Origin: Actinomycetota bacterium
Lineage (GTDB): Bacteria; Actinomycetota; Actinomycetes; JAKEEW01
Reading direction: 5' to 3'
DNA length: 33,666 nucleotides
NCBI GenBank assembly: GCA_046725875.1
Contig: JBKOZJ010000186.1
Span: 1 to 33,666 of the forward strand
This document shows positions 9,327 to 18,407 of this stretch, one piece after another. How positions within the stretch are numbered: position 1 is the stretch's first letter; every line of letters starts with the position of its first letter. The notes under the pieces are model-generated. The model searched no databases. It worked only from the letters and a program-made list of their open reading frames with translations, and was not told the origin of the DNA. Made by a program: the position numbers and the translations under genes.

Positions 9327-10100
9327 TCAGCGGGCCTGAGTGAGCTCGCAGGCTGCGACCCAGGACCTCGATTCGCCCGCGCTCCTGCCACTCGGCCGGG
9401 TTCCATCGGCGGCCGGCGGACCGACCAGGGCCCGGCAGTCAGTGATCGCGGTCGCGAGCAGTTCCCGCAGCAACCCGTCGGTGTCCGGAACGCACGCCCG
9501 GGCGATCCCCTCCACGGCGTTCCGGACCGTGGTGGGCGCGGCATACCGGCGGAACCCCTTCGGAGCGGGCGGCATCTCGCGGGTGTAGCGGCGGGCCCAG
9601 CGTGCCGCGAGCGGCACCTGCTCGAGTGCCTCGCGGCTGCGCTCCTCGAGATCTCCGAGCGGGCGGCCGTCCAGCGAAGCAAGCAGGCGTTCCGCGACCA
9701 GCACGGAAATGGCAAGGATGCGCTGGCGCTCCTCCGAAACGACGGGCAGCGCGGTCGTCGCCGACCGCACCGCGATCCGTGCGTCCACCCGTACATCGTC
9801 GCTGGTGAGGCCGATGACGTTTGGGATCAGCCCGGCCAGTTGGGAGCGTCCGGCATCGGAGGTGAGGTCGTTCACGCCGCGGGCAAGCGCGGCGAGCAGC
9901 GGGTGGGTGCACCGCGGATGGTCGCTCCAACGCTCGCCGGCCAGGTAGGACGCGAGCTCCATAAAGCATGCGCCTTTACGTGGGTTCCGGTGCTTGCCGC
10001 GGGACAGCACCGGGACCATCTCGGGCAGCTCAAGCTGTTGATCAAGAGTCCAGGCTGCTGAGCCGCTGGAACCCCCGCGGTTACGTGACACGAGAGACAC
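9327..10100 (-). CDS. Hypothetical protein with Cys/His-rich N-terminal motif
   Basis: Open frame in operon direction; LSRGKHRNPRKGACFMELASYLAGERWSDHPRCTHPLL resembles an actinobacterial hypothetical family (recalled). Start uncertain (GTG 10100 or ATG 10019). Confidence 0.78.
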   Translation of the reverse strand: MSLVSRNRGGSSGSAAWTLDQQLELPEMVPVLSRGKHRNPRKGACFMELASYLAGERWSDHPRCTHPLLAALARGVNDLTSDAGRSQLAGLIPNVIGLTSDDVRVDARIAVRSATTALPVVSEERQRILAISVLVAERLLASLDGRPLGDLEERSREALEQVPLAARWARRYTREMPPAPKGFRRYAAPTTVRNAVEGIARACVPDTDGLLRELLATAITDCRALVGPPAADGTRPSGRSAGESRSWVAACELTQAR

Positions 10101-10186
10101 ATGGCCCCCAAAGATCGCTCGTCGCTGTCCCTACAGCACACTGCGCCGCAGTTCTACCCAGTTTGCGCCTGGAGGACCGTGCAGTG

Positions 10187-11647
10187 CTAGAGCGAGCGCC
10201 CCACGCGTCGGCGCAACCGAAACGCGGAGAGCGGGATGGTCACTGTAAGTCCGGGGAGCAGGGGTGCGGTCGCAGCCGTGGTCACTACCTGGCCAAGGCC
10301 GCCGGCCACGCCCGCCGCATCGAGTGCCTTCTGGTGGAATGTGTCCGGGACGGGCAGCGTTCCGGCGCGCCCGAACGGCCACACCACGAGGAATGCGCGC
10401 CCGATCACGTTGTCCATCGGGATGGTCCCGCTCGCTTCCCCCAGGTGGAGGCGGGAGTCTGCGGAGACGGCGCGGTGATCGCCCATCATCCAGAGCCGGC
10501 CCTCGGGCACCGTGACGTCGAACGTCGAGTCGGACGGCGTATTGCCCGGGAAGACGTACGGCTCGTCGAGCGGCACGCCGTTCACGGTGATCCGCCCCGC
10601 CGAGTCGCAGCACTTGACTCGGTCACCCGGTACGCCGATGACCCGCTTGATGAGGTCCTTCTCGCTGTCCGAGGGCAGCAGGCCGATAAACACGAAGACG
10701 TTCTTGACTGCCCGCACCACTGGATTGCCAGGCGAGCTCGAATCCTCGCTGCCAAGCCAGCCGCCGGGGTCCCGGAAGACCACGATCTCGCCCCGATCGA
10801 TGTCACCGAAGTAGTTGCCGAGCTTGTTCACCAGCACCCGGTCGCCAACCTTGAGCGTGTTCTCCATCGAGTCAGACGGTATGTAGAACGCCTGGACGAG
10901 AAACGTCTTGATGAGCAGGGCGAGGAGCAGCGCCACGCCCACGAGGATCGGCAGCTCGCGCAGGAGCGATCCGCCCTCCCCCTTCCTCTGGCGGTGTCGG
11001 CGACGCACCGTAACCGGGCCGGCCAGCCGGGGCGCCCGCTGCCCGGGAGGCGTTGCTCCGGTGCCCGGCTGGGCCCCTTCGTAGGCGCGCTCTACGTGAG
11101 GCCGGTCCGAGCGAACGCGCGGCCAGTAGCCGGCCGGCGCAGGAGCAGGCCGAGGGGCGCGATCGGGCGTCACCTGCCGCGCCATGGTCTCCTCCGCCGC
11201 GGCGCGGGCGAGCTTCGCGGACATCCGCGGGCCTAGAACCTGCCCGGACGCGTCCGGAGGGGTCGGCGGGGCGGACGGGGGCCCTTCGGCCGCCCCTGGC
11301 TGCTCGCGCCGACGACGCCCGCGCGGCTCGTCCGCCGGCGGCACTCCTTCAGCAGGCCTGCCAACGGACAGGCGCGGCTGGCCGCGGGGCAGATCGGGCG
11401 TACCGAACTCGCGCTGTGGAACGCCGTTTGCCGACGGCCTCGCCCCATCCGTGCGCCGCGAACCGGGCCAGGCAGCGCCCGGGGGCTCCATCGGCGGCAG
11501 CATCGGTACCGCGGGCGGGACGGGCGGCGCGATATCGGCGCGCTCGTGGCGACCGGGGGCGTCCGGCGTGCGACGCCCGCCACTGAGGTCCGGTTTCCCG
11601 CGAGGTCGACTACCCGCTGGCACGTCAGCTCCCGCCGGCGTTGGCAT
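10187..11647 (-). CDS. lepB: Signal peptidase I (S26) with long Pro/Arg-rich N-terminal extension
   Basis: TM ELPILVGVALLLALLIKTF, catalytic Ser IPSDSMENTL, Lys DLIKRVIG, GDHRAVSADSR, C-terminal hydrophobic tail. Start uncertain (11647, 11224 or 11184). Confidence 0.9.
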   Translation of the reverse strand: MPTPAGADVPAGSRPRGKPDLSGGRRTPDAPGRHERADIAPPVPPAVPMLPPMEPPGAAWPGSRRTDGARPSANGVPQREFGTPDLPRGQPRLSVGRPAEGVPPADEPRGRRRREQPGAAEGPPSAPPTPPDASGQVLGPRMSAKLARAAAEETMARQVTPDRAPRPAPAPAGYWPRVRSDRPHVERAYEGAQPGTGATPPGQRAPRLAGPVTVRRRHRQRKGEGGSLLRELPILVGVALLLALLIKTFLVQAFYIPSDSMENTLKVGDRVLVNKLGNYFGDIDRGEIVVFRDPGGWLGSEDSSSPGNPVVRAVKNVFVFIGLLPSDSEKDLIKRVIGVPGDRVKCCDSAGRITVNGVPLDEPYVFPGNTPSDSTFDVTVPEGRLWMMGDHRAVSADSRLHLGEASGTIPMDNVIGRAFLVVWPFGRAGTLPVPDTFHQKALDAAGVAGGLGQVVTTAATAPLLPGLTVTIPLSAFRLRRRVGRSL

Positions 11648-12512
11648 CGATCGCCGACTGCTTGAACGTGTCGGGAACGGGCAGTGTTCGCCAGTGACCG
11701 AACGGCCACACGATCACGAAGGCCTTACCGATGACCTTGTCTATCGGAACGGTGCCATCACCGGGCTCGCCCAGATGCGAGCGGCTGTCCTGTGAAACGG
11801 TTCGGTGATCGCCCATCACCCATAGCCTTCCCTCGGGTACCACGATGTCGAACGTCTCAAGGGAAGGCTTGTCTCCCGGGAAGAGGTAATCGCGCTCGTC
11901 AAGCGGCACGCGATTTACAGTGAGCCGGCCCTGATCATCACAGCAGGCGACCCGGTCCCCCGGTAGACCGATCACGCGCTTTATGTAATCGCGCTCGCCA
12001 CTCCCGGCGCCGAAGAGCCTGGCCACGCCGGCGAAGCCCGTGGCCACTCCACCGGGCCGATCGAGGTTGCCCTGCGACTCATCGAACGAGTCGGCGCCGT
12101 TGAAGACCACGACCTCGCCTCGCTCGATGTCGCGCAGGTGGTAGACGGCCTTGTTGACGAGGACGCGGTCATCGATGCGGAGCGTGTCCTCCATCGAGCT
12201 AGACGGGATGTAGAACGTCTGCACGACGAAGAGCTTCAGCAGCAGGGCGAGTACGAGCGCGATGCCCACCAGAAACGGCAGCTCGCGAAGGAAGGAGCGG
12301 CGCTTCCGGCGCGGAGTTTGCCCCTCGGCGTCGGTGCCGGCCGCCGGCGCCCCGGCCTCCGGTTCGACCTCGGCACTCTCGTGGGCGCCGGTGTCGTCGC
12401 CGACGGACTCCCGGCGGCCGCCGGCATTCGGCCCCGCCGGCCGCGGGTCAGCTTCCTGCCGCGGCCGGCTGGTCTGCGGATCGTGGTCCGCGGGCGCTTC
12501 GGGGTCGTCCAT
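11625..12512 (-). CDS. lepB: Signal peptidase I (S26)
   Basis: RRKRRSFLRELPFLVGIALVLALLLK TM, IPSSSMEDTL, DYIKRVIGLPGD, GDHRTVSQDSR. Confidence 0.95.
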   Translation of the reverse strand: MDDPEAPADHDPQTSRPRQEADPRPAGPNAGGRRESVGDDTGAHESAEVEPEAGAPAAGTDAEGQTPRRKRRSFLRELPFLVGIALVLALLLKLFVVQTFYIPSSSMEDTLRIDDRVLVNKAVYHLRDIERGEVVVFNGADSFDESQGNLDRPGGVATGFAGVARLFGAGSGERDYIKRVIGLPGDRVACCDDQGRLTVNRVPLDERDYLFPGDKPSLETFDIVVPEGRLWVMGDHRTVSQDSRSHLGEPGDGTVPIDKVIGKAFVIVWPFGHWRTLPVPDTFKQSAIDANAGGS

Positions 12513-12520
12513 CGCTGCTG

Positions 12521-12526
12521 AGCCTA
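12521..12526 (-). promoter_or_regulatory. -10 element TAGGCT, probably leaderless lepB transcript
   Basis: TAGGCT 8 nt upstream of ATG 12512, no SD. Confidence 0.5.
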
Positions 12527-12746
12527 ACCTGCGGACTCACGCAAGCTGGCCCGCTGAGTTGGCGATCCCACCTCGGTCAGCCAGGACTTCGGCGGACGGC
12601 CCCCGATGGAATCGGCGCCCACCCGTCTCAGGTCGAACAGATCTTGGCCCCTTCCACGACCGAGCCGCCGCACGAAGCGTGGAACCAGGAGGAAACATGC
12701 GCGGCAAATTGGCGTGGGCGGGGTTCAAGCGAGTAGTACGTCAGGA

Positions 12747-13106
12747 TCAGCGGGCTGCCGGCGCCTCCCGCCGCTCCTTGATCTTGGCTGCCTTCCCACG
12801 GAGCTCCCGAAGGTAGTAGAGCTTCGCCCGCCGAACGTCGCCCCGGCTAACCACCTCGATCCGATCGATGACCGGCGAATGCACCGGGAAGGTCCGCTCG
12901 ACGCCGACGCCGAAACTGACCTTGCGAACGGTGAAGGTCTCCCGCACGCCGCTGCCCTGCCGGCGGATGACCACACCCTGGAAAATCTGTATCCGGGAGC
13001 GGTTGCCCTCGACGACCCGAACGTGGACCTTGAGCGTATCCCCGGGGCGGAACTCCGGGATGTCCGAGCGCATAGAGACAGCGTCAACGGCATCGAGCGT
13101 GTGCAT
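12747..13106 (-). CDS. rplS: 50S ribosomal protein L19
   Basis: [58 protein letters not shown]. Confidence 0.98.
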   Translation of the reverse strand: MHTLDAVDAVSMRSDIPEFRPGDTLKVHVRVVEGNRSRIQIFQGVVIRRQGSGVRETFTVRKVSFGVGVERTFPVHSPVIDRIEVVSRGDVRRAKLYYLRELRGKAAKIKERREAPAAR

Positions 13107-13214
13107 CGTCGTGGTCGCTTTCCTCGCACAGCGCAGCACTCACCAGTGCCGCGTGATCGTGATGAACAAAGACTTTGACCGCGGGCGCCGTCCGCGCCGC
13201 CACGGCAGTGAACC

Positions 13215-13225
13215 AGTTTGCCACA
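13215..13225 (-). promoter_or_regulatory. Internal rplS promoter, extended -10 TGTGG-CAAACT
   Basis: Actinobacterial-type TGG-nAnnnT element ~110 nt upstream of the rplS start, just after the trmD stop. Confidence 0.5.
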
Positions 13226-13252
13226 CACCGCCGGGCGGAGCGAAACCGCACC

Positions 13253-14065
13253 TCAGTCCGCCCGGACGAGCTGGTCACCGCGGACCTCCCAGCCAAGCGC
13301 GGCAAGAACGGCGAGGTCGGCCGAATCCAGGTCGCCGGGCGAGAGGTGGGAGACCAGGTCGGGCCGGTGTTCCGCGGTCCGGATGAGCGCCTGGTCACGC
13401 CGCCACCGTTGGATCGCGGCATGATGGCCCGAGATGAGCACGTGTGGCACCATGCGCCCTCGCCACTCGGCCGGCTTCGTATAGACCGGCCCCTCGAGCA
13501 GGCCGGCCATCCGCCCCGGTGCGAATGAGTCGTCGGAGATCGAGCCGGTGTTGCCAAGGACGCCGGGAAGCACGCGGGCGACCGCTTCGACGATCACCAG
13601 AACGGCCGCCTCCCCACCGGCGAGGACGTAATCGCCGATCGACACCTCGTCGACCACCATCCGCGACCGAGCGTCCTCGACGACCCGGGCGTCGATCCCT
13701 TCGTAGCGGCCACAAGCGAAGAGCAGCCATTCCTGCCCCGATAGCTCCTCCGCGAGCTCCTGACTGAACAGCCGCCCGCTGGGGGTGGGCACGACCAGCC
13801 GCGGTGGCCCGGTCCGAGAGTGGCCGTCCCGAGTTTCACCGCCCGTGACGGCGTCAAGGGCGGATCCCCACGGCTCACACTTCATCACCATGCCCGGTCC
13901 GCCGCCGTAAGGGGTGTCATCGACGGTCCGGTGCACATCCGTGGTCCAGACGCGGAGATCGTGTACGTGCACGTCGAGGAGGCCGGTCTCCCTGGCCCGG
14001 CCGATCAGGGACACGCCGAGCGGCGCAAGGTATTCAGGAAAGATGCTGATGATGTCGATTCGCAT
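13253..14065 (-). CDS. trmD: tRNA (guanine37-N1)-methyltransferase
   Basis: MRIDIISIFPEY, VDDTPYGGGPGMVM, CGRYEGIDARV, SIGDYVLAGGE, LLEGPVYTKP; overlaps the rimM 3' end by 32 nt. Confidence 0.97.
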   Translation of the reverse strand: MRIDIISIFPEYLAPLGVSLIGRARETGLLDVHVHDLRVWTTDVHRTVDDTPYGGGPGMVMKCEPWGSALDAVTGGETRDGHSRTGPPRLVVPTPSGRLFSQELAEELSGQEWLLFACGRYEGIDARVVEDARSRMVVDEVSIGDYVLAGGEAAVLVIVEAVARVLPGVLGNTGSISDDSFAPGRMAGLLEGPVYTKPAEWRGRMVPHVLISGHHAAIQRWRRDQALIRTAEHRPDLVSHLSPGDLDSADLAVLAALGWEVRGDQLVRAD

Positions 14066-14612
14066 CGCTCGCATCCACCTGCCCTGGCTCCACCGTTTCG
14101 GAATTCGGATCGAGCAGCCCCGGTGGCGGGGTGAGGACGACCCGGCCGCCCGCGAGATCGACGTCCGGCACAATGTCACGGACGAACGGGACGAGGACGT
14201 CGGCATCCTGCTCCGGCCGCCGTAGGACCAAGACGTCCTGGGCGGGGAGGTGCAGCACCTCGACTACCTCCCCGACCTGGTCTCCGGCCCTGGTCACCGC
14301 CCGGAGCCCCACTAGCTGCCTGTCGTAGTAGTCCTCGCCGTCTGCCGGCTCGTCGTCAGCCGCCTCGACGAGCAGGCGCACCCCGTGCAACGACTCGGCG
14401 GCGACGCGGCCGGTCACCCCGGCGAAGGCGACGAGCAGGCGTCCCTGGTGCCTCCGCACCGTTCGCACGGTCAGCGGACCGGCGCCGGCCGGCTCGGTGC
14501 GGAACACGGCCCCCGGCGTGAACCGACCGCCGGGATCGTCCGTGCGGATCTCGACGACCGTCTCGCCCTTGATGCCGTGAGCCCGGATGACCCGGCCGAC
14601 GACGAGGTCCAT
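14034..14612 (-). CDS. rimM: Ribosome maturation factor RimM
   Basis: VVGRVIRAHGIKGE, EDYYDRQLVGL, LVPFVRDIVPDVD PRC barrel; rpsP-khpA-rimM-trmD order. Confidence 0.96.
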   Translation of the reverse strand: MDLVVGRVIRAHGIKGETVVEIRTDDPGGRFTPGAVFRTEPAGAGPLTVRTVRRHQGRLLVAFAGVTGRVAAESLHGVRLLVEAADDEPADGEDYYDRQLVGLRAVTRAGDQVGEVVEVLHLPAQDVLVLRRPEQDADVLVPFVRDIVPDVDLAGGRVVLTPPPGLLDPNSETVEPGQVDASDANRHHQHLS

Positions 14613-14638
14613 CACCAGCCCACAGTCGGCACCGGCGG

Positions 14639-14890
14639 CTAGGCGCTGCGCCTGGAGCGGCCGGCCTCGAGCAGGTCGATGCGGATACTCCGTCCGCCGT
14701 TCAGAGCGCCGACGACCGTCCGCAAGGCGGTCGCCGTTCGACCGTTGCGGCCGATCACGCGGCCGAGGTCGTCAGGGTGTACGCGTACCTCGAGCACGCG
14801 GCCGCGGCGCAGCTCGCGGCTGCGTACTCGAACATCGTCCGGGTGATCGACTATCCCCCGGACGAGGTGTTCGAGCGCCTCCTCGAGCAC
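14639..14890 (-). CDS. khpA: KH-domain RNA-binding protein (UPF0109)
   Basis: LEHLVRGIVDHPDDV, VHPDDLGRVIGRNGRTATALR (GxxG KH loop). Confidence 0.94.
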   Translation of the reverse strand: MLEEALEHLVRGIVDHPDDVRVRSRELRRGRVLEVRVHPDDLGRVIGRNGRTATALRTVVGALNGGRSIRIDLLEAGRSRRSA

Positions 14891-14893
14891 CGG

Positions 14894-15427
14894 CTAGCCC
14901 TTGTCGGTGCCGGCCGCCGCCTCCGGCGCGGCCTGCCCCTGCTCGGGCTCGGCGGCGACTGTCCCGGCCTCGCCTGCCGGCGCCTCGGCCTGGCCGGCGG
15001 GCGCCTCCGCGCCCGCGGCAGCCTTCGGCTCCGCCCTTGTCCGTTTCTTCGTCTTCGGCGTGGTCGCCCCGGCCTTTGGCTCGTCAGCGGCCTGCTTAAC
15101 CGCCGCCTCGAACACGGACTTCTTGTCAACCCTGGACTCGGACACCTTCAGGGTGCCCTCTGCTCCCGGTTCGCCCTTGAACTTCTGCCAGTCGCCGGTG
15201 ACCTTCAGCAGCGCCCGAACCGGCTCGGTCGGCTGGGCGCCGACGGAGAGCCAGTACTGCGCCCGCTCGGAGTTCACCTGGATCAGCGAGGGCTCCTGCT
15301 TGGGCTGGTAGGTGCCGATCTCTTCGATGGCCCGGCCGTCGCGCTTTGTGCGCGCATCGGCTACCACGATTCGGTACTGCGGGTTGCGGATCTTGCCGAT
15401 CCGCTTCAGCTTGATCTTTACTGCCAC
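14894..15427 (-). CDS. rpsP: 30S ribosomal protein S16 with Ala/Glu-rich C-terminal extension
   Basis: [12 protein letters not shown]...[34 protein letters not shown] at 15427. Confidence 0.97.
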   Translation of the reverse strand: MAVKIKLKRIGKIRNPQYRIVVADARTKRDGRAIEEIGTYQPKQEPSLIQVNSERAQYWLSVGAQPTEPVRALLKVTGDWQKFKGEPGAEGTLKVSESRVDKKSVFEAAVKQAADEPKAGATTPKTKKRTRAEPKAAAGAEAPAGQAEAPAGEAGTVAAEPEQGQAAPEAAAGTDKG

Positions 15428-15566
15428 GGCAGTGGAACGCTCCGGTCTGGTGTCGTGGTGAGGCTGCTCGGACCTGTGGGGGAGGTCGAACACCGCCTCG
15501 ATGGACGCGGCCTGCGCGCGGAGAGGGATTGCGCAAGCCGAGTGTCAGCAGGCGACCATTGTGCCA
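15428..15566 (-). promoter_or_regulatory. rpsP promoter (TGG-CACAAT at 15558-15566) and ~125 nt leader
   Basis: Extended -10-like element; leader carries pyrimidine tracts CCCTCTCC and CCTCCCCCAC. Confidence 0.5.
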
Positions 15567-15587
15567 GATCGCACAGGAGGATGACGC

Positions 15588-16673
15588 TCAGCGGATGATC
15601 CGGCCACGCAGCATGATGCGCTGCGGGTCGTACAGCGCCTTGAGATTCGTCCGCGGATCTTCGGCGTAGACAAGGAGGTCGGCCGGGGCACCCTCGTCGA
15701 GGCCGGGGCGTCCCAGCCACTGCCTGGCGCGCCAGGACGCAGCGCCGAGCGCAACCTCGGGCGGCAGGCCGGCGTCGCGCAGGGCGAGGATCTCGTCGAC
15801 GATCCGCCCGTGTGCGATGCTCCCGCCGGCGTCCGTGCCGGCGTAGATCTGGACACCCGCCTCATGGGCTTGGGTGATCCGGCGGGCCGCGCCGGCGTGG
15901 AGGCGGTGCATGTGCTCCCCGTAGGCCGGGAACCGCGGCGATGCCTGCTCGGCGATGGCGGGGAAGTTCGAAATGTTGACAAAGGTGGGAACAAGGCCGA
16001 CGCCACGCGCCGCCATGGTCGCGATCGTGGCGGCTGACAAGCCGGTGCCGTGCTCCACACAGTCGACGCCGGCTGCAATCGCGTCGTCCGCGGCCTGCTC
16101 TCCGAACACGTGGACGGTTACCCGGGCGCCCGCCTGGTGTGCGCGCCCGACCGCCGCAGCGAGTGTGTTGGCCGGCCAGCACGGGGTGAGGTCGCCGACG
16201 TCTCGGTCGATCCAATCACCGACGATCTTCACCCAGCCGTCACCCCGCGCGGCTTGCCGGGTCACTTCGTCGGCGAGGCCGGCCGGGTCGACCTCCACAC
16301 CGTAGTTCCGCAGGTACCGCTTGGTTCGGGCAACGTGTCGGCCGGCTCGGATGATCCGTGGCAGATCGGTGCGGTCATCGATCCACCGGGTGTCCGCTGC
16401 GCTCCCCGCATCCCTGATCAGGAGGGTTCCTGCGTCCCGGTCGGCGAGGGCTTGACGCTCCTGCTCCGCCTCGTCGACGGCGCCGCCGGTGTCGAGCCCG
16501 ATATGGCAGTGGGCGTCCACCAGGCCGGGAAGGATCCAACCGGTCGCCACCGTCTCGGCCGAGTCGACCGGTGCGTACGTGACTCGGCCGCCGACGACAT
16601 AGAGGTCCCGAGGTTCTCCGCCCGGGAGTATGACGCCGCGCAGATGCATCGGTTGCTCGCCAGAGCCGGCCAC
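15588..16673 (-). CDS. Amidohydrolase-family metalloenzyme
   Basis: PGLVDAHCH (HxH), RDAG, WVKIVGD, VHVFG, VEHG, AGTDAGG, GAPADL; GTG 16673 lies 7 nt after -10 TACGCT (16681-16686). Confidence 0.9.
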   Translation of the reverse strand: MAGSGEQPMHLRGVILPGGEPRDLYVVGGRVTYAPVDSAETVATGWILPGLVDAHCHIGLDTGGAVDEAEQERQALADRDAGTLLIRDAGSAADTRWIDDRTDLPRIIRAGRHVARTKRYLRNYGVEVDPAGLADEVTRQAARGDGWVKIVGDWIDRDVGDLTPCWPANTLAAAVGRAHQAGARVTVHVFGEQAADDAIAAGVDCVEHGTGLSAATIATMAARGVGLVPTFVNISNFPAIAEQASPRFPAYGEHMHRLHAGAARRITQAHEAGVQIYAGTDAGGSIAHGRIVDEILALRDAGLPPEVALGAASWRARQWLGRPGLDEGAPADLLVYAEDPRTNLKALYDPQRIMLRGRIIR

Positions 16674-16707
16674 GTATGCGAGCGTAGCGGCGTCATTTGG
16701 CCGCTCC

Positions 16708-18315
16708 CTACGCTTCGTCGCCGCTCCCGAGGGCGTCCCGCAGCTCCTTGGGCAGCTCGTAGTCCTCGGCTCCGAGGGTCCCGCCGAGGCTGGCGAACGG
16801 GTCGGCACCAGCGGGACCCGGCAAGGCGCTCTCCGCGGCCGCACTTCCGCGAGCCCGCGACTGCGCCTCGAGCGCTCGCTTCGCCGGGTTGCCGCTGCGG
16901 CCCGCCTTCGCCTTGCCCTTCTTGCCGGCCTTGCCCTTCGCCCGCCTGCCCCCGCCGAATCCGCCGGGTGCGCCAGGCGGCATGCCTGCAGCCCCCGGCA
17001 TCAGTGCGCCGCGACCCATCTGCCGCATCATCTTCTGCGCCTCGGAGAAGCGCTCCACGAGACCGTTGACCTCGGTAACGGTGACTCCGGCGCCACGGGC
17101 GATGCGGGCGCGGCGGGACCCGTTGAGTATGCGCGGGTCCGTCCGCTCCGCCGGGGTCATCGACTTGATAATCGCGGCCACCCGGTCCACGTCACGGTCG
17201 TCGATCGCGTTGATCTGCGCCCGGATCTCCCCCGTCCCCGGCAGCATTCCGAGCAGCTTGGAGATCGAGCCGAGCTTCCGCACCTGCTCCATCTGGTGCA
17301 GGAAGTCCTCAAGGGTAAGGTCGCGGCCGCCCCCGCGCATCATGCGGTCGGCCATCTTCGCCGCCTGCTCGGCGTCGAATGCACGCTCGGCCTGTTCGAT
17401 CAGGCTGAGCATGTCGCCCATGCCGAGAATGCGCGACGCCATCCGGTCGGGATGGAAGACGTCGAAGTCGTCGAGCTTCTCACCGTTCGTCGCGAACATG
17501 ATCGGCCGGCCGGTGACTCGGGCCACCGACAGAGCCGCGCCGCCGCGGGCGTCGCCATCGAGCTTGGTGAGTACGACGCCGTCGAAGCCGACGCCGTCGA
17601 GGAAGGCCTGCGCGGTATTGACCGCGTCTTGGCCGATCATGGCGTCGACCACGAAGAGCACCTCGTCCGGGTCGAGCGTCGCCTTGATGTCGGCCGCCTG
17701 CTGCATCATCTCGGCGTCGATTCCGAGCCGTCCGGCCGTGTCGACGACCACTACGTCGTAGAGCTTCTCGCTGGCGTACTTGAGCGACTTCCTCGCGACC
17801 TGCACCGGGTCGCCGACGCCGTTACCGGGCTCGGGGGCGAAGACCGGCACGTCGGCCCGCTCCCCCACCACCTGCAGCTGCTGTACGGCGTTGGGGCGCT
17901 GCAGGTCGGCCGCGACGAGCACCGGCTGATGGCCCTGCCCGCGCAGCCAATTCGCAAGCTTTCCGGCGAGGGTGGTTTTTCCCGAGCCCTGCAGACCCGC
18001 CAGCATGATCACGGTCGGCGGGGTTTTGGCGAACCGTATCCGGCGTGTCTCGCCGCCAAGGATAGCGATCAGTTCTTCGTTGACGATCTTGATGACCTGC
18101 TGAGCTGGGTTGAGCGCGCCATGCACCTCGGCGCCGCGCGCCCGCTCCTTGACCGCAGCGATGAAGTCCCGCACGACGGGGAGGGCAACGTCCGCTTCGA
18201 GCAACGCGACCCGGATGTCGTTGGAGGTCGCGTCGATATCGGAGGCGGAGAGCCGGCCCTTGCCGCGAAGGCTCTTGAGCGTCGCAGTGATGCGGTCGGA
18301 TAGCGCGTCGAACAC
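16708..18315 (-). CDS. ffh: Signal recognition particle protein Ffh
   Basis: MFDALSDRI, LLEADV, GLQGSGKTT, DTAGR, TKLDGDARGGAALS, FHPDRMASRILGMGD, M domain; -10 TACGCT at 18355-18360. Confidence 0.98.
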   Translation of the reverse strand: MFDALSDRITATLKSLRGKGRLSASDIDATSNDIRVALLEADVALPVVRDFIAAVKERARGAEVHGALNPAQQVIKIVNEELIAILGGETRRIRFAKTPPTVIMLAGLQGSGKTTLAGKLANWLRGQGHQPVLVAADLQRPNAVQQLQVVGERADVPVFAPEPGNGVGDPVQVARKSLKYASEKLYDVVVVDTAGRLGIDAEMMQQAADIKATLDPDEVLFVVDAMIGQDAVNTAQAFLDGVGFDGVVLTKLDGDARGGAALSVARVTGRPIMFATNGEKLDDFDVFHPDRMASRILGMGDMLSLIEQAERAFDAEQAAKMADRMMRGGGRDLTLEDFLHQMEQVRKLGSISKLLGMLPGTGEIRAQINAIDDRDVDRVAAIIKSMTPAERTDPRILNGSRRARIARGAGVTVTEVNGLVERFSEAQKMMRQMGRGALMPGAAGMPPGAPGGFGGGRRAKGKAGKKGKAKAGRSGNPAKRALEAQSRARGSAAAESALPGPAGADPFASLGGTLGAEDYELPKELRDALGSGDEA

Positions 18316-18407
18316 GGAGAAACCTCGGGTCGTCCTGATATGAGGGGTCCCGCCAGCGTATCCGGCCGACCGCTCGCGAGCCGCCGGTGGGAACACGGGG
18401 AGACCGA

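Noticed and set aside
12633..12648. TCGAAC half-sites (also near 19633 and 25391) as LexA boxes
   Set aside because: Only one half of TCGAAC-N4-GTTCGA is present in each case.
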